Part shown: positions 1-8,998 of the stretch, one piece after another | Layout: each line of letters begins with the position of its first letter | Position numbering within the stretch: position 1 is the first letter of the stretch | NCBI GenBank assembly: GCA_034670305.1 | Contig: JAXMNT010000025.1 | Location: forward strand, 32,001 to 96,000 | DNA from: Deltaproteobacteria bacterium | GTDB lineage: Bacteria; Myxococcota_A; Polyangia; Polyangiales; Houyiibacteriaceae | Reading direction: 5' to 3' | Length of the DNA stretch: 64,000 nt | The notes under the pieces: generated by a model | What the model was told of the DNA's origin: nothing | Database searches by the model: none | Seen by the model: only the letters and a program-made list of their open reading frames with translations | Translations under genes and position numbers: made by a program

Positions 1-743
1 GCGCCTTCGCCTTCACCGGCCCGGACCACCGTGAACGGGGTCGAGAGCTCGGCTGCATTCGGTTGGCTCGTCAGACGTCCGCAGAAGCCGTCGGTCTGAA
101 GTGCCGCCGGGTAGACGTCGACCGGCTGCGCCGGGTGGCCTTCGATCGCCGAACACGCGGCTTCGTTCTCGGTGTGCGGACCAAGGCAGTCGCTGCCCCA
201 GTTGCGCCGGAAGAGCGAGCGGCTCGCGGCGTCGTCTGCGACCTGGTCTTCGAGCGCGGTCATGCCGACCTGGCGCGCGTAGAGCCGGTCCATCAGTCCA
301 CCGACCACGAGCATCTTCTGCGCGAACGCGCGGTGGGCCGGCGGCAAGGTGGAGAGATCCGTGTGCAGCAGCGTCGGCGCGGTGGTCTCGAGCTCGAGGC
401 GTACCAAGCGCTGACGCTCGTCGCTCGTCGGGGGCTCGGTCGAGGCCGCGAGGATCGCATCGCGCGCGGCTGTGAACGCCGGCGTCGGCGCACCGTCGGC
501 TCCGACCCAGGCCGGCGCCTGCGGGTAAAACGCCAGCGTGCGCATCTCATCCGCGTCCGGCTGGCCGTTGTCGTTGCGGTCGGCCTCCCAGAAGATCGGC
601 AGGTTCAGCCGCACCGCGAGCTGGTTGAAGCGCAGCCGCTCCATCGCGGGGGGCGGGCCGTTCGGAGTCGTGGTTTGGTCGATGCCCGAGGATCCGGACG
701 GGCCACAGGCGACGACGAGTGCGAGGACGAGAAAACGTTTCAT
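1..743 (-). CDS. Lipoprotein, N-terminal part (runs off window); possibly peptidase M49/DPP-III-like zinc hydrolase
   Basis: My own translation from ATG at 743 is open to the window edge: MKRFLVLALVVAC (lipobox), then ...LFRRNWG..C...VDVYP...PFTVVR. It is not in the ORF track because no stop lies in the window. Family is recalled resemblance only; the catalytic motif would lie outside the window. Confidence 0.75.
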   Translation of the reverse strand, partial: MKRFLVLALVVACGPSGSSGIDQTTTPNGPPPAMERLRFNQLAVRLNLPIFWEADRNDNGQPDADEMRTLAFYPQAPAWVGADGAPTPAFTAARDAILAASTEPPTSDERQRLVRLELETTAPTLLHTDLSTLPPAHRAFAQKMLVVGGLMDRLYARQVGMTALEDQVADDAASRSLFRRNWGSDCLGPHTENEAACSAIEGHPAQPVDVYPAALQTDGFCGRLTSQPNAAELSTPFTVVRAGEGEG

Positions 744-928
744 CGCGCGCGAAGTTGTCCCCTGCCCCGCACGGGCGCAAGCCGGCCGGGGGTGCGGCAT
801 GGGTTGCGCCGGCGACCCATCCCATCAGCGGGCAACAACCTCGTAGCCCATTCGGGATGGTTTGGGGGTCCGCGAAACCGGATCAGGTCCACGTGGGACC
901 GATCACGTCGGTGTGGATCCGGAGCTGA

Positions 929-1861
929 CTATTTCGACGCGAGCTTGAGAGCGGCCTTCAAGGTCTTGCCGTCAAAGCCGGGCCCACGGTTCTTGAGCGC
1001 GTGTTCGAGGAGTGCAGCAGCGTCTTTCCCGTACGCCTCCACCCAGTCGTAGGCGTAGCGTCCGGGTTGAGTCTTGGGCTTGAAGTGAAGCAGCTCCTGC
1101 GCTCTTTCTGAGCTGCTGAGCGAAGCGACCAGCAGTTCTAGACCGGAGTAACGACCACCTGGCTCGAACGCCTTCATGAAGACCTCCATGTCCTCGTCCC
1201 CAAAAGACGTTTCGCGCCGAAAGGCAAACGCGGTTGCAAAACGCAAGCCCCATTCGTCGTCCCGCAGCCCCTCTCTGATTTTGCGCATCTCGTCGACCGC
1301 GGCGCTCAGCTCATCTCCATCCAACTCGGAAGCCAGTACCGACAGCGCCCACACATAGACGTTGTGGTCGTACCTGCCGGAGAGGACAAACGGGTTGTTC
1401 GGACTGGCAGAAAGATCCTCGATCGACACCGATGGCGGATCGCCCGACAACCGCCTCGTCAGAGTGGCGGAATGAGTCAACACCTCGAACACTCCCGAGA
1501 GCCCGAAGTGCTCGAACCAGAAACGGATCAAGGCGCGTACGTCGGCCCAGCGAAAACGTCGGTCGATGTAGGAACCATCCTGGTCGAGAAAGTAGAGCGC
1601 GGCTCGGTAGTACTCACGAGTGGCGTCGAACTCGAGCTCTTCGGGCGCCGGCGAGTCCGCCGTCATCTCTTCGGAGAGGCGTCCAATGGTCTTCGCAGCT
1701 GCACCGTTGACCTCGAGTGTCGAGCCGTTCTCAGGGCCTCCCGCCCGTTCGAGACACAGAGTGAGCCACGGGGCGTCGTCCGATGGATCGTGTTTATGCG
1801 GTGTGCGAAACCCGTGAAGCTTCGCACGAGTTGCCTTGGTCCACTTGATGTCTTGCGTCAT
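929..1861 (-). CDS. Hypothetical protein (310 aa)
   Basis: Long ORF with normal globular composition and visibly more A/T-rich codons than its neighbours. Weak resemblance to N-terminal regions of DUF4132 proteins (unverified). Confidence 0.7.
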   Translation of the reverse strand: MTQDIKWTKATRAKLHGFRTPHKHDPSDDAPWLTLCLERAGGPENGSTLEVNGAAAKTIGRLSEEMTADSPAPEELEFDATREYYRAALYFLDQDGSYIDRRFRWADVRALIRFWFEHFGLSGVFEVLTHSATLTRRLSGDPPSVSIEDLSASPNNPFVLSGRYDHNVYVWALSVLASELDGDELSAAVDEMRKIREGLRDDEWGLRFATAFAFRRETSFGDEDMEVFMKAFEPGGRYSGLELLVASLSSSERAQELLHFKPKTQPGRYAYDWVEAYGKDAAALLEHALKNRGPGFDGKTLKAALKLASK

Positions 1862-2002
1862 CGCAGCCGCAGTGTACCGAAAATGAGCGAGCCACGGCCG
1901 ATCGACAACGTAGAAGAGATAGGAGCGGTTCGCGCGCTCCGTCCGGGGGACTCGCTCTACGCTTTTGAACGTGGTCTGAGGGTTTCGTTGGGTGGGTCGC
2001 GT

Positions 2003-2114
2003 CCGACGCCGATGCCGAATCCGATGCCGATGCCGATGCCGATGCCGACGCGGATGCGGACGCCGACTCCGATGCCGACCGATGCCGACGCCGACACCGA
2101 TGCCGACGCCGACG
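2003..2114 (+). repeat. Hexamer tandem array (CCGATG/CCGACG)n, locus 1
   Basis: Directly visible degenerate CCGANN units; ends about 10 bp from the stop of the 2124-3173 gene. Confidence 0.95.
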
Positions 2115-2123
2115 AGCGGGGGG

Positions 2124-3173
2124 TCAGTCGGTGCAGTGGGCGATGTGGTGGGTGTGGGCGCGGCGGCGGGCGGCGCCGACTTCGAACTCTTCGACCACCC
2201 GCTCGAATGCGCGGCACGCGCGGCGGGTCTCTCCTGCGGCCAGCCACATCTCCGCCATCTCGGTGATCGCGTCGTCGCGCAGTAGGGAGTTGGGGAAGTC
2301 GTCGTAGACGGCTTCGAAGGCGTCGCTCGCGGCGTCTTTGTCGTCCAGTTGGTCCCGGTGGATGCGGGCGATCTGGAGCTGGGCGGCGGCGAACGAGGGG
2401 AGGGTGTAGGAGCCTGGCGTCATGGTGCCTTCGCTGCGTTCCAGCATGCGCTCCAGCCGTTCGATCGCCGCGCGTGGCTGTCCGTCTTCGACGTCCATGG
2501 TGGCCAGGCGGACGTTGGCGTCATCCCACCGGTGTCCCTGCGGGTAGGGGTGCTCCGAGACGATGCGTTCGAGTGCGCGACGGGTCCCCGCTCGGTCGCC
2601 TGCCTCGAGCCGCAGCGTCGCCTCCCGGCTCAGGAGGTCGTCGCCGAGTTTGGTCGCGCCCACCGCGTCGTAGAACGTCTCGATGCGTCCGAGCACCGCG
2701 TCCACGCCGGCTTCTTCTTGTAGGTACAGCAGCCGGGTGTGCAGCGCGCGGCCGGCGGGGCCTTCGTCGGGGAACTCCAGCACCACCCGCTCGAGGTCGG
2801 CGATGCCGCGCGCCCGCTGGTCGAGGTGCTCGATGCGGATTCGCGACGCATCCAAGAGCGCGCGTGCGGTGCGGCGCGAAGGCGGCTGGGTCGCGACGAT
2901 GGCGTCGAGGTCGGCGACCGCTTCGGCATGGCGACCGGCACGACGCAAGGCGCGGGAGCGGCGGTAGAGCGCTTCGTCGCGGTCGACCCGCCGGTCGGCC
3001 TCCTCGGCGGCGCGTGCCCAGGCTGCGGCCGCTTCGTCGTACCGGCCATGCCGCTGATGCCGTTCGCCTTCGGCGAGCGCGGCCACGTGGGCGTCGGAGT
3101 GTGGCCGCGAGAGGGTGGGCGGGCAGCCGAATGCGACGCAGCCGAGCAGCGCGAGGCCGAAACGCGCGGTCAC
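2124..3173 (-). CDS. TPR-repeat lipoprotein (BamD/CpoB-like repeats)
   Basis: GTG at 3173 overlaps the ltaE stop (GTGA). Signal MTARFGLALLGCVAFGC; repeated helical motifs such as LERVVLEFPD, LERIVSEHP, FEAVYDDFPNS. Confidence 0.8.
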   Translation of the reverse strand: MTARFGLALLGCVAFGCPPTLSRPHSDAHVAALAEGERHQRHGRYDEAAAAWARAAEEADRRVDRDEALYRRSRALRRAGRHAEAVADLDAIVATQPPSRRTARALLDASRIRIEHLDQRARGIADLERVVLEFPDEGPAGRALHTRLLYLQEEAGVDAVLGRIETFYDAVGATKLGDDLLSREATLRLEAGDRAGTRRALERIVSEHPYPQGHRWDDANVRLATMDVEDGQPRAAIERLERMLERSEGTMTPGSYTLPSFAAAQLQIARIHRDQLDDKDAASDAFEAVYDDFPNSLLRDDAITEMAEMWLAAGETRRACRAFERVVEEFEVGAARRRAHTHHIAHCTD

Positions 3174-4183
3174 GAGGTCGCGAGGGAGGTGAGCCGCTCG
3201 ATGGCCTGCGCGATGTCCTCGTCGCCGAGGTCGCGGTGGGTGACCGCACGGATGCGCCGCGGGCCGATCGCGCCAAGCAAGACGCCGAGTCCGGTGGCGT
3301 CCACCATCCAGGGCGCGGCGTCGCGCGGTACGTCGAAGACGACGACGTTGGTCTCGACCGCGTCGGCGTCGCATCCATAGCCGGCGTCCCGCAGTCCGGT
3401 GGCCAGGGTGCGGGCGCGCATGTGGTCGGCCGCGAGGTCGTCGAGGTGGTGGTCGAGCGCGAAGCTGGCGGCGGCGGCGAGGAGACCGGACTGGCGCATG
3501 GCGCCGCCGAGTCGCCGTCGAAGCCGAAGTCCGTGCGGGCGCTGGTCGGCCCGCATCGCGATGGCCGAACCAACCGGCGCGCCGAGTCCCTTCGAGAAAC
3601 AGACGCTCACGGAGTCCGCGGGGGCGGCCAAGTCGCTCAGAGACAGGCCGCTGGCGACGTGGGTGTTCCAGAGGCGCGCGCCGTCGAGGTGCACGGCGAG
3701 GCCGTCGGCATGGGCTTTGGCCGCGATGTCCACGATCCACGCCTGGGGGTAGATGCGGCCCCCCGCTTGGTTGTGGGTGTTCTCGAGCGCGACGACCGCC
3801 TGCCGTGGCCGGTAGAAGTCGTCGGGTCGGCGCGCGGCCTCGAACTGGTCGGGGTCGAAGGCGCCGAGTTCGCAGACCGGGTGGATCTGCAAACCAGACA
3901 AACCCGCCGCGGCGCCGCTCTCGTACAGCGCGATGTGGGAGCCGCCGCTCGCGAGGATTTCGTCCCCGGCGCGGGCATGCAGCGCGAGGCCGATCTGGTT
4001 GGCCATCGTGCCGGACGGGACGAAGAGCGCGGTCTCTTTGCCGAGCATCGCCGCGACCCGCTTCTCGAGCGCCTGGACGCTCGGATCTTCGCCGTAGATG
4101 TCGTCGCCAACGGGCGCCTCCACCATGGCGGCGCGCATCGCCGGCGAGGGGCGCGTCACGGTGTCGGAGCGAAGGTCGATCAC
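3170..4183 (-). CDS. ltaE: Low-specificity L-threonine aldolase
   Basis: MIDLRSDTVTRPS, GDDIYGEDP, FVPSGTMANQ, LENTHN, HLDGARLWN, CFSKGLGAPVGS (PLP lysine). Confidence 0.95.
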   Translation of the reverse strand: MIDLRSDTVTRPSPAMRAAMVEAPVGDDIYGEDPSVQALEKRVAAMLGKETALFVPSGTMANQIGLALHARAGDEILASGGSHIALYESGAAAGLSGLQIHPVCELGAFDPDQFEAARRPDDFYRPRQAVVALENTHNQAGGRIYPQAWIVDIAAKAHADGLAVHLDGARLWNTHVASGLSLSDLAAPADSVSVCFSKGLGAPVGSAIAMRADQRPHGLRLRRRLGGAMRQSGLLAAAASFALDHHLDDLAADHMRARTLATGLRDAGYGCDADAVETNVVVFDVPRDAAPWMVDATGLGVLLGAIGPRRIRAVTHRDLGDEDIAQAIERLTSLATS

Positions 4184-4186
4184 CGA

Positions 4187-4558
<372 letters not shown>

Positions 4559-4704
4559 TGACCCTTGCTCTGCGTGAAGCCGACACCCGCGCACGACGGC
4601 AGCGGGTATCCTCTGATGACGGGATCGGTATCCCGAGGCGATGGGGCACACAACCCCGAAAACGACCGCCGCACGGGCGGACGCAAACGGCGCGAACTAT
4701 AGAG

Positions 4705-5457
4705 ATGGGCATGGGGCTGTCAACTTGGACCCGAGACGGGAGTTTTTCCCGGCAGTGCACGGCGTTTTCTGCGGCGCCCGCGCCGGCGGTTCTCACCCGT
4801 CCAAGTTCCCGGCTCGCCGTTGTGGTCGTGGCGCTGTCTTGCACGATGGGTGTCATGTCGGCCGGGCGGGCCGAGGCCCAGGCGTCGGACCCATCGGAGT
4901 TCGAGCTGCCCCCTCCGCCCAGCGAGCACGGCACGCAGCTGGCCGGAGAAGCACGTCTCGATGTGGTCTTCCCGCTCGCCCAGGGTCGACTGTGCCCGCC
5001 GGGCGAGCTGTGTGTGTTCGGCGGCGGGGGCGGCGTGGCCGGCCTGCTCGAGTGGCGGTACCCATCCGGACTGGGTCTGGGCATCGGCTACGACGCGTGG
5101 TTCCTCGACGGCAACGGGGTTCACGAGCTCAGCACCATGCAAGCCGTTCGGTTCAGCGTGCGGCGCTTCTTCATGAAAGAACGAGAAGTGCACCCCTTCA
5201 TCGGTGGCGCGGTGGGCGCGCTGCTCTTCGGCGACACGTTCCGGCGCAACGCCTTCGGCGGGCTCGTGGACTTGGTGGTCGGGTTCGAAGTCGAGATTTC
5301 CCCGACCCTCGCGTTCACGGCGGGTGTGATGGTCCGTCTGTTCAGCACCACCGAGTTCGAGTCGCGCAGCGACGGTGTGATCCGCGGCGAACGATTTGGC
5401 GTCGATGGCGCCGCGGCGTTGCAAGTGGGACTGGTGCTGCTGCAGCCCAGCAGCTGA
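4705..5457 (+). CDS. Exported protein, probable outer-membrane beta-barrel
   Basis: Signal-like segment ending RAEA-Q; alternating beta-strand patterns (GLGLGIGYD, HPFIGGAVG, AALQVGLVL). Start codon uncertain. Confidence 0.7.
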   Translation: MGMGLSTWTRDGSFSRQCTAFSAAPAPAVLTRPSSRLAVVVVALSCTMGVMSAGRAEAQASDPSEFELPPPPSEHGTQLAGEARLDVVFPLAQGRLCPPGELCVFGGGGGVAGLLEWRYPSGLGLGIGYDAWFLDGNGVHELSTMQAVRFSVRRFFMKEREVHPFIGGAVGALLFGDTFRRNAFGGLVDLVVGFEVEISPTLAFTAGVMVRLFSTTEFESRSDGVIRGERFGVDGAAALQVGLVLLQPSS

Positions 5458-5531
5458 AGGTCGTTTCTTCTCTGCCCTGCCGTGTTTGGCGCTTGACGCG
5501 CCTTCGGCCTCCGGGTTCCACTTCGGCCCGA

Positions 5532-6821
5532 ATGTCCTGCCCCAACTGCGGCCGCGCGAACGACGCTGGCAGCGTGTTCTGCGAACAATGCGGCACACGT
5601 TTGCAGGCGGCCGCGCCTGCGGCCGCATCGGTCTGCGGCCGGTGCGGTGGATCGAATCAGGCAGGCATGCGGTTCTGTGTGCATTGCGGGAACACCCTCC
5701 AAGCGTCGCCCGCGGCACCGGCCCAAGCGTCCCCCGCGGCACCGGCCCAAGCGTCGCCTGCGGCACAGGCCCAAGCGTCGCCCGCGGCACAGGCACCGGC
5801 CGCGCAGCCCGTGCAACCACAACCAGCGCCGCGAGCGGTGGCGACGGTCCCAGAACCTCCCCGCGCGTTCCAGTCCGTGGCCGTGGGTGCGGGCGCGCCT
5901 CAGCCGACCTCCATCTCCGCTTCGGTCGGTGGGCAGCCCGCCCAACCCGTTCAACCGGTCGGATCCACGGGTGGGCCCGTGTGTTGGCGTTGCCGTGGGG
6001 TCGGCGACTCGGGCGGCGGAGACTTCTGCAAGTTCTGCGGCGCCCGCTACGCCGACGAAGGGACCGCCGGACTTCCGGCTCAGTCCGCCTTCGGATCCAC
6101 GGCGCCCGGGGCTCCGGTGGCGGCGCCCGTTGCGCAGCAGACGCCGGCGGCGGCGACCGGAAGCGGCATGTTGGTCTCGATCCTCAAGGATGGGTCGGAC
6201 GGACAGGCATACCCCGTCCTCGGCCAGCAGACCGACATCGGCCGGGTGGAAGGCGACGTCACGTTGCCCGACGACCCCTACCTCTCTCCACGGCACGCGC
6301 GCATTCGCGCACAGGGCAACGCGTTCGTCTTGCAGGACCTCGCGAGCGTCAATGGCGTGTACGTCCGGCTCCGCGATGCGCACGAGATCCAAGACGGCGA
6401 GAGCATCCTCTTGGGTCAGCAAGTGCTCCGTTTCGAGATCCTGGACGACTCCGAGATCTCCCTTGGACCGGCCAGCAACCGCGGTGTGCTGGCGTTCGGT
6501 ACCCCAGAAGTCCCGCGATACGCCCGACTCGTGCAGTACACGACAGAGGGGGTAGGCCGCGACATCCATTACCTGTATCGTGACGAAACCGTGCTCGGCC
6601 GCGAAATTGGCGATGTGGTCTTCACGGACGACCCCTTCTTGTCCCGACGTCATGCGGCGATTCGAATCGAACGGTCTACCAAAAAGGTGACCTTGAGAGA
6701 CCTTGGATCGTCCAATGGGACGGCCGTCCGGTTGCGCGGGGAACGACCTCTTCAACCTGGCGATCAATTTCGCGTGGGACGACATCTTTTCCGATTCGAT
6801 CAACCTGGTGCACCTCGATGA
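5532..6821 (+). CDS. Zinc-ribbon plus tandem FHA domain protein
   Basis: CPNC/CEQC, CGRC/CVHC and CWRC/CKFC zinc ribbons. Two FHA domains (IGR..DPYLSPRHA..DLASVNG; LGR..DPFLSRRHA..DLGSSNG). Confidence 0.92.
   Translation: MSCPNCGRANDAGSVFCEQCGTRLQAAAPAAASVCGRCGGSNQAGMRFCVHCGNTLQASPAAPAQASPAAPAQASPAAQAQASPAAQAPAAQPVQPQPAPRAVATVPEPPRAFQSVAVGAGAPQPTSISASVGGQPAQPVQPVGSTGGPVCWRCRGVGDSGGGDFCKFCGARYADEGTAGLPAQSAFGSTAPGAPVAAPVAQQTPAAATGSGMLVSILKDGSDGQAYPVLGQQTDIGRVEGDVTLPDDPYLSPRHARIRAQGNAFVLQDLASVNGVYVRLRDAHEIQDGESILLGQQVLRFEILDDSEISLGPASNRGVLAFGTPEVPRYARLVQYTTEGVGRDIHYLYRDETVLGREIGDVVFTDDPFLSRRHAAIRIERSTKKVTLRDLGSSNGTAVRLRGERPLQPGDQFRVGRHLFRFDQPGAPR
5700..5795 (+). repeat. 24-bp in-frame tandem repeat x4 (QASPAAPA/QASPAAQA linker)
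   Basis: CAAGCGTCGCCCGCGGCACCGGCC-like units inside the FHA gene linker. Confidence 0.85.
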
Positions 6822-8998
6822 GTGACAGCGAGCCCGAGGAGCGGGAGATCGACGACGGCGAGGAGTCGGGCGTCGAGACCAAGTCGGACTCGTCCGACGA
6901 AGCGACCGACGAGCGCGAGGATTCGAACGACGCCGAAGACGGTGGAGACGATTCGAACGAATCCGACGACTCGGAAGACGACAGCGATTCCGACGACGAT
7001 TCCGACGACGATTCCGACGACGATTCCGACGACGATTCCGACGACGATTCCGACGACGATTCTGGCGACGACGATTCTGGCGACGACGATTCGGGCGACG
7101 ACGACGATTCGGGCGACGACGACGATTCGGGCGACGACGATTCCGGCGACGACGAAGATGGTTCTGACGAGGACGAAGACGACGACGAAGATTCCGCTGC
7201 GGACGAGGACGAGGAAGAACCCGGTTCCATCGAGTTTCGCTACTTCGGAACCTCCGACGTCGGCCTCGTGCGCGAGCACAACGAAGACAACTTCGCGATC
7301 GTGGATCTCGGCACCGGCGAGTCTTACTGCGGGGGCGAAGGCGAAACCGCCAAGCCGCAAGAAGAGACCCAGTCCGGTGAGGTCGCGCCCAAGGGCATGA
7401 TCTGGTCGGTCTGCGACGGCATGGGCGGCGCGGCCGCTGGTGAAGTCGCGAGCCGCATGGCCGTCGACACCATTCGTGAGGTCATGCTCGCCGGTGGACC
7501 TCCGCGCGACCGGGACATGTTCGCTCGGCGGTTGGTCTTCTCCATCGAAGAGGCGGGCGCTCGGATCTTCAGCGCGGCCAAGATGGACCGCGGCAAACGC
7601 GGCATGGGCACCACCGCCACGGTGGCCGGCCTCATCGATCAGATTCTTTTCGTCGGGCAGGTCGGCGACAGCCGCTGCTACGTGCTCCGCGAAGGTCAGC
7701 TTGGTCTCATCACCAAAGACCAGTCGCTCGTGAACCAGCTCATCGAAGCGGGTCAGCTGACCGAAGAAGAAGCGGAAGCATTCGAGCACTCGAACATCAT
7801 CCTGCAGGCGCTCGGCACCACCGAAGACGTCACCGTTGACCTGACCTTCCTCGAGGTCCGCCGCGGCGACCGCTTGATGCTGTGCTCGGACGGTCTGTCC
7901 GGGCTCGTGCACACCGACATGATTCGCGAAGTCATGGGAGACGGGGACGACCTGCACGCCATCGCCAACCGCTTGGTCGAGATGGCCAACGGTGGAGGCG
8001 GCCACGACAACATCACGTGTGTGATGGTGGATTTGACCGGCGACGGGCTGAAGACCTCCGAGGGCGCGACCGCGCCCGTGTACATGCAGTACCCGCTCCC
8101 GCCCGCCACCGAAGACGAAGGTCTTCCGATGCGGGAGCCGACGATGAAGGCGTCGATCCGCAAGCCGGGATCCGACGTCAAGCGGGACCCTTACGACAGC
8201 ATGGCGCCTCCGGCGGAAGTGCCGACCAGCCGCTCCGCGTGGGGGTTGCTCGTGGCGCTCTTGTTGCTCGTCGGCCTGGTGCTCGCGGTGGTGTTCATGA
8301 CCCGCGAACCGGAACCCGAGCCCATCCGTGAGACGCCGCGGACCGAGGTGGTGGACGAGCCGGAGCAGGTGGAAGTCTGCGTGCGAAGCGACGTGCGGAA
8401 CGGCGAGCTGTACGTAGACGAACAACCGTACGGCCGCATCTCGGAGGGCAGCCGGGTCTGTGTCGAGCTGTTGCCGGGATCCTACCGGTTCGAGGCACGC
8501 GTCGACGGCAGTGCGGTGGCCGGGTCCACGCTGACGGTGCGCGAAGGCGTGCCCGCGGATCTCGATCTGCGCTTGCCGGAAGGGGCCACCCAGACGGCGC
8601 TCGACCCGGACGGCGAGCCGATCGACCCCGAGGACGGGGATCCCGAAGACGGGGATCTCGAGGACGGGGATCCCTTGGACGACCCGGTCGATCCTGAAGA
8701 CGACCCGGAGCCCACCCGGATGCAGACCGCCACCCAGATGGGCACCGACGGCGAGACCGCAACCATGACCGCGACCATGACCCCGACCATGACCACCGCC
8801 ATGGCGCCGACCATGACGACTGCGACCATGACGACTGCGACCATGACGACTGCGACCATGACGACCGCGACCATGACGACCGCAACCATGACGACCGCGA
8901 CGATGACGACCGACACCACGGCGACGATGACCACCGCGACGATGACGACGACGATGTCGGACACCACCGGTGTGCCCGACAACCCGTTCGGCGAATGA
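6818..8998 (+). CDS. PP2C (Stp1-type) Ser/Thr phosphatase with acidic N-terminus, TM helix, PEGA-like domain and Met/Thr-rich tail
   Basis: SDVGLVREHNED, VCDGMGG, GMGTT, QVGDSR, LCSDGL, GGHDNIT motifs; TM segment WGLLVALLLLVGLVLAVVFM; ATGA overlap with the upstream gene. Confidence 0.93.
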   Translation: MSDSEPEEREIDDGEESGVETKSDSSDEATDEREDSNDAEDGGDDSNESDDSEDDSDSDDDSDDDSDDDSDDDSDDDSDDDSGDDDSGDDDSGDDDDSGDDDDSGDDDSGDDEDGSDEDEDDDEDSAADEDEEEPGSIEFRYFGTSDVGLVREHNEDNFAIVDLGTGESYCGGEGETAKPQEETQSGEVAPKGMIWSVCDGMGGAAAGEVASRMAVDTIREVMLAGGPPRDRDMFARRLVFSIEEAGARIFSAAKMDRGKRGMGTTATVAGLIDQILFVGQVGDSRCYVLREGQLGLITKDQSLVNQLIEAGQLTEEEAEAFEHSNIILQALGTTEDVTVDLTFLEVRRGDRLMLCSDGLSGLVHTDMIREVMGDGDDLHAIANRLVEMANGGGGHDNITCVMVDLTGDGLKTSEGATAPVYMQYPLPPATEDEGLPMREPTMKASIRKPGSDVKRDPYDSMAPPAEVPTSRSAWGLLVALLLLVGLVLAVVFMTREPEPEPIRETPRTEVVDEPEQVEVCVRSDVRNGELYVDEQPYGRISEGSRVCVELLPGSYRFEARVDGSAVAGSTLTVREGVPADLDLRLPEGATQTALDPDGEPIDPEDGDPEDGDLEDGDPLDDPVDPEDDPEPTRMQTATQMGTDGETATMTATMTPTMTTAMAPTMTTATMTTATMTTATMTTATMTTATMTTATMTTDTTATMTTATMTTTMSDTTGVPDNPFGE
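6985..7150 (+). repeat. 12/15-bp coding repeats (DDDS/DDDSG)n
   Basis: GACGACGATTCC units in the PP2C N-terminus. Confidence 0.9.
8765..8955 (+). repeat. 15-bp coding repeats (MTTAT)n
   Basis: ATGACGACTGCGACC-like units in the PP2C C-terminus. Confidence 0.9.

Noticed and set aside
8482-8982. Antisense hydrophobic ORF (VMVAV)n
   Set aside because: Reverse complement of the MTTAT repeat within the well-supported PP2C gene.
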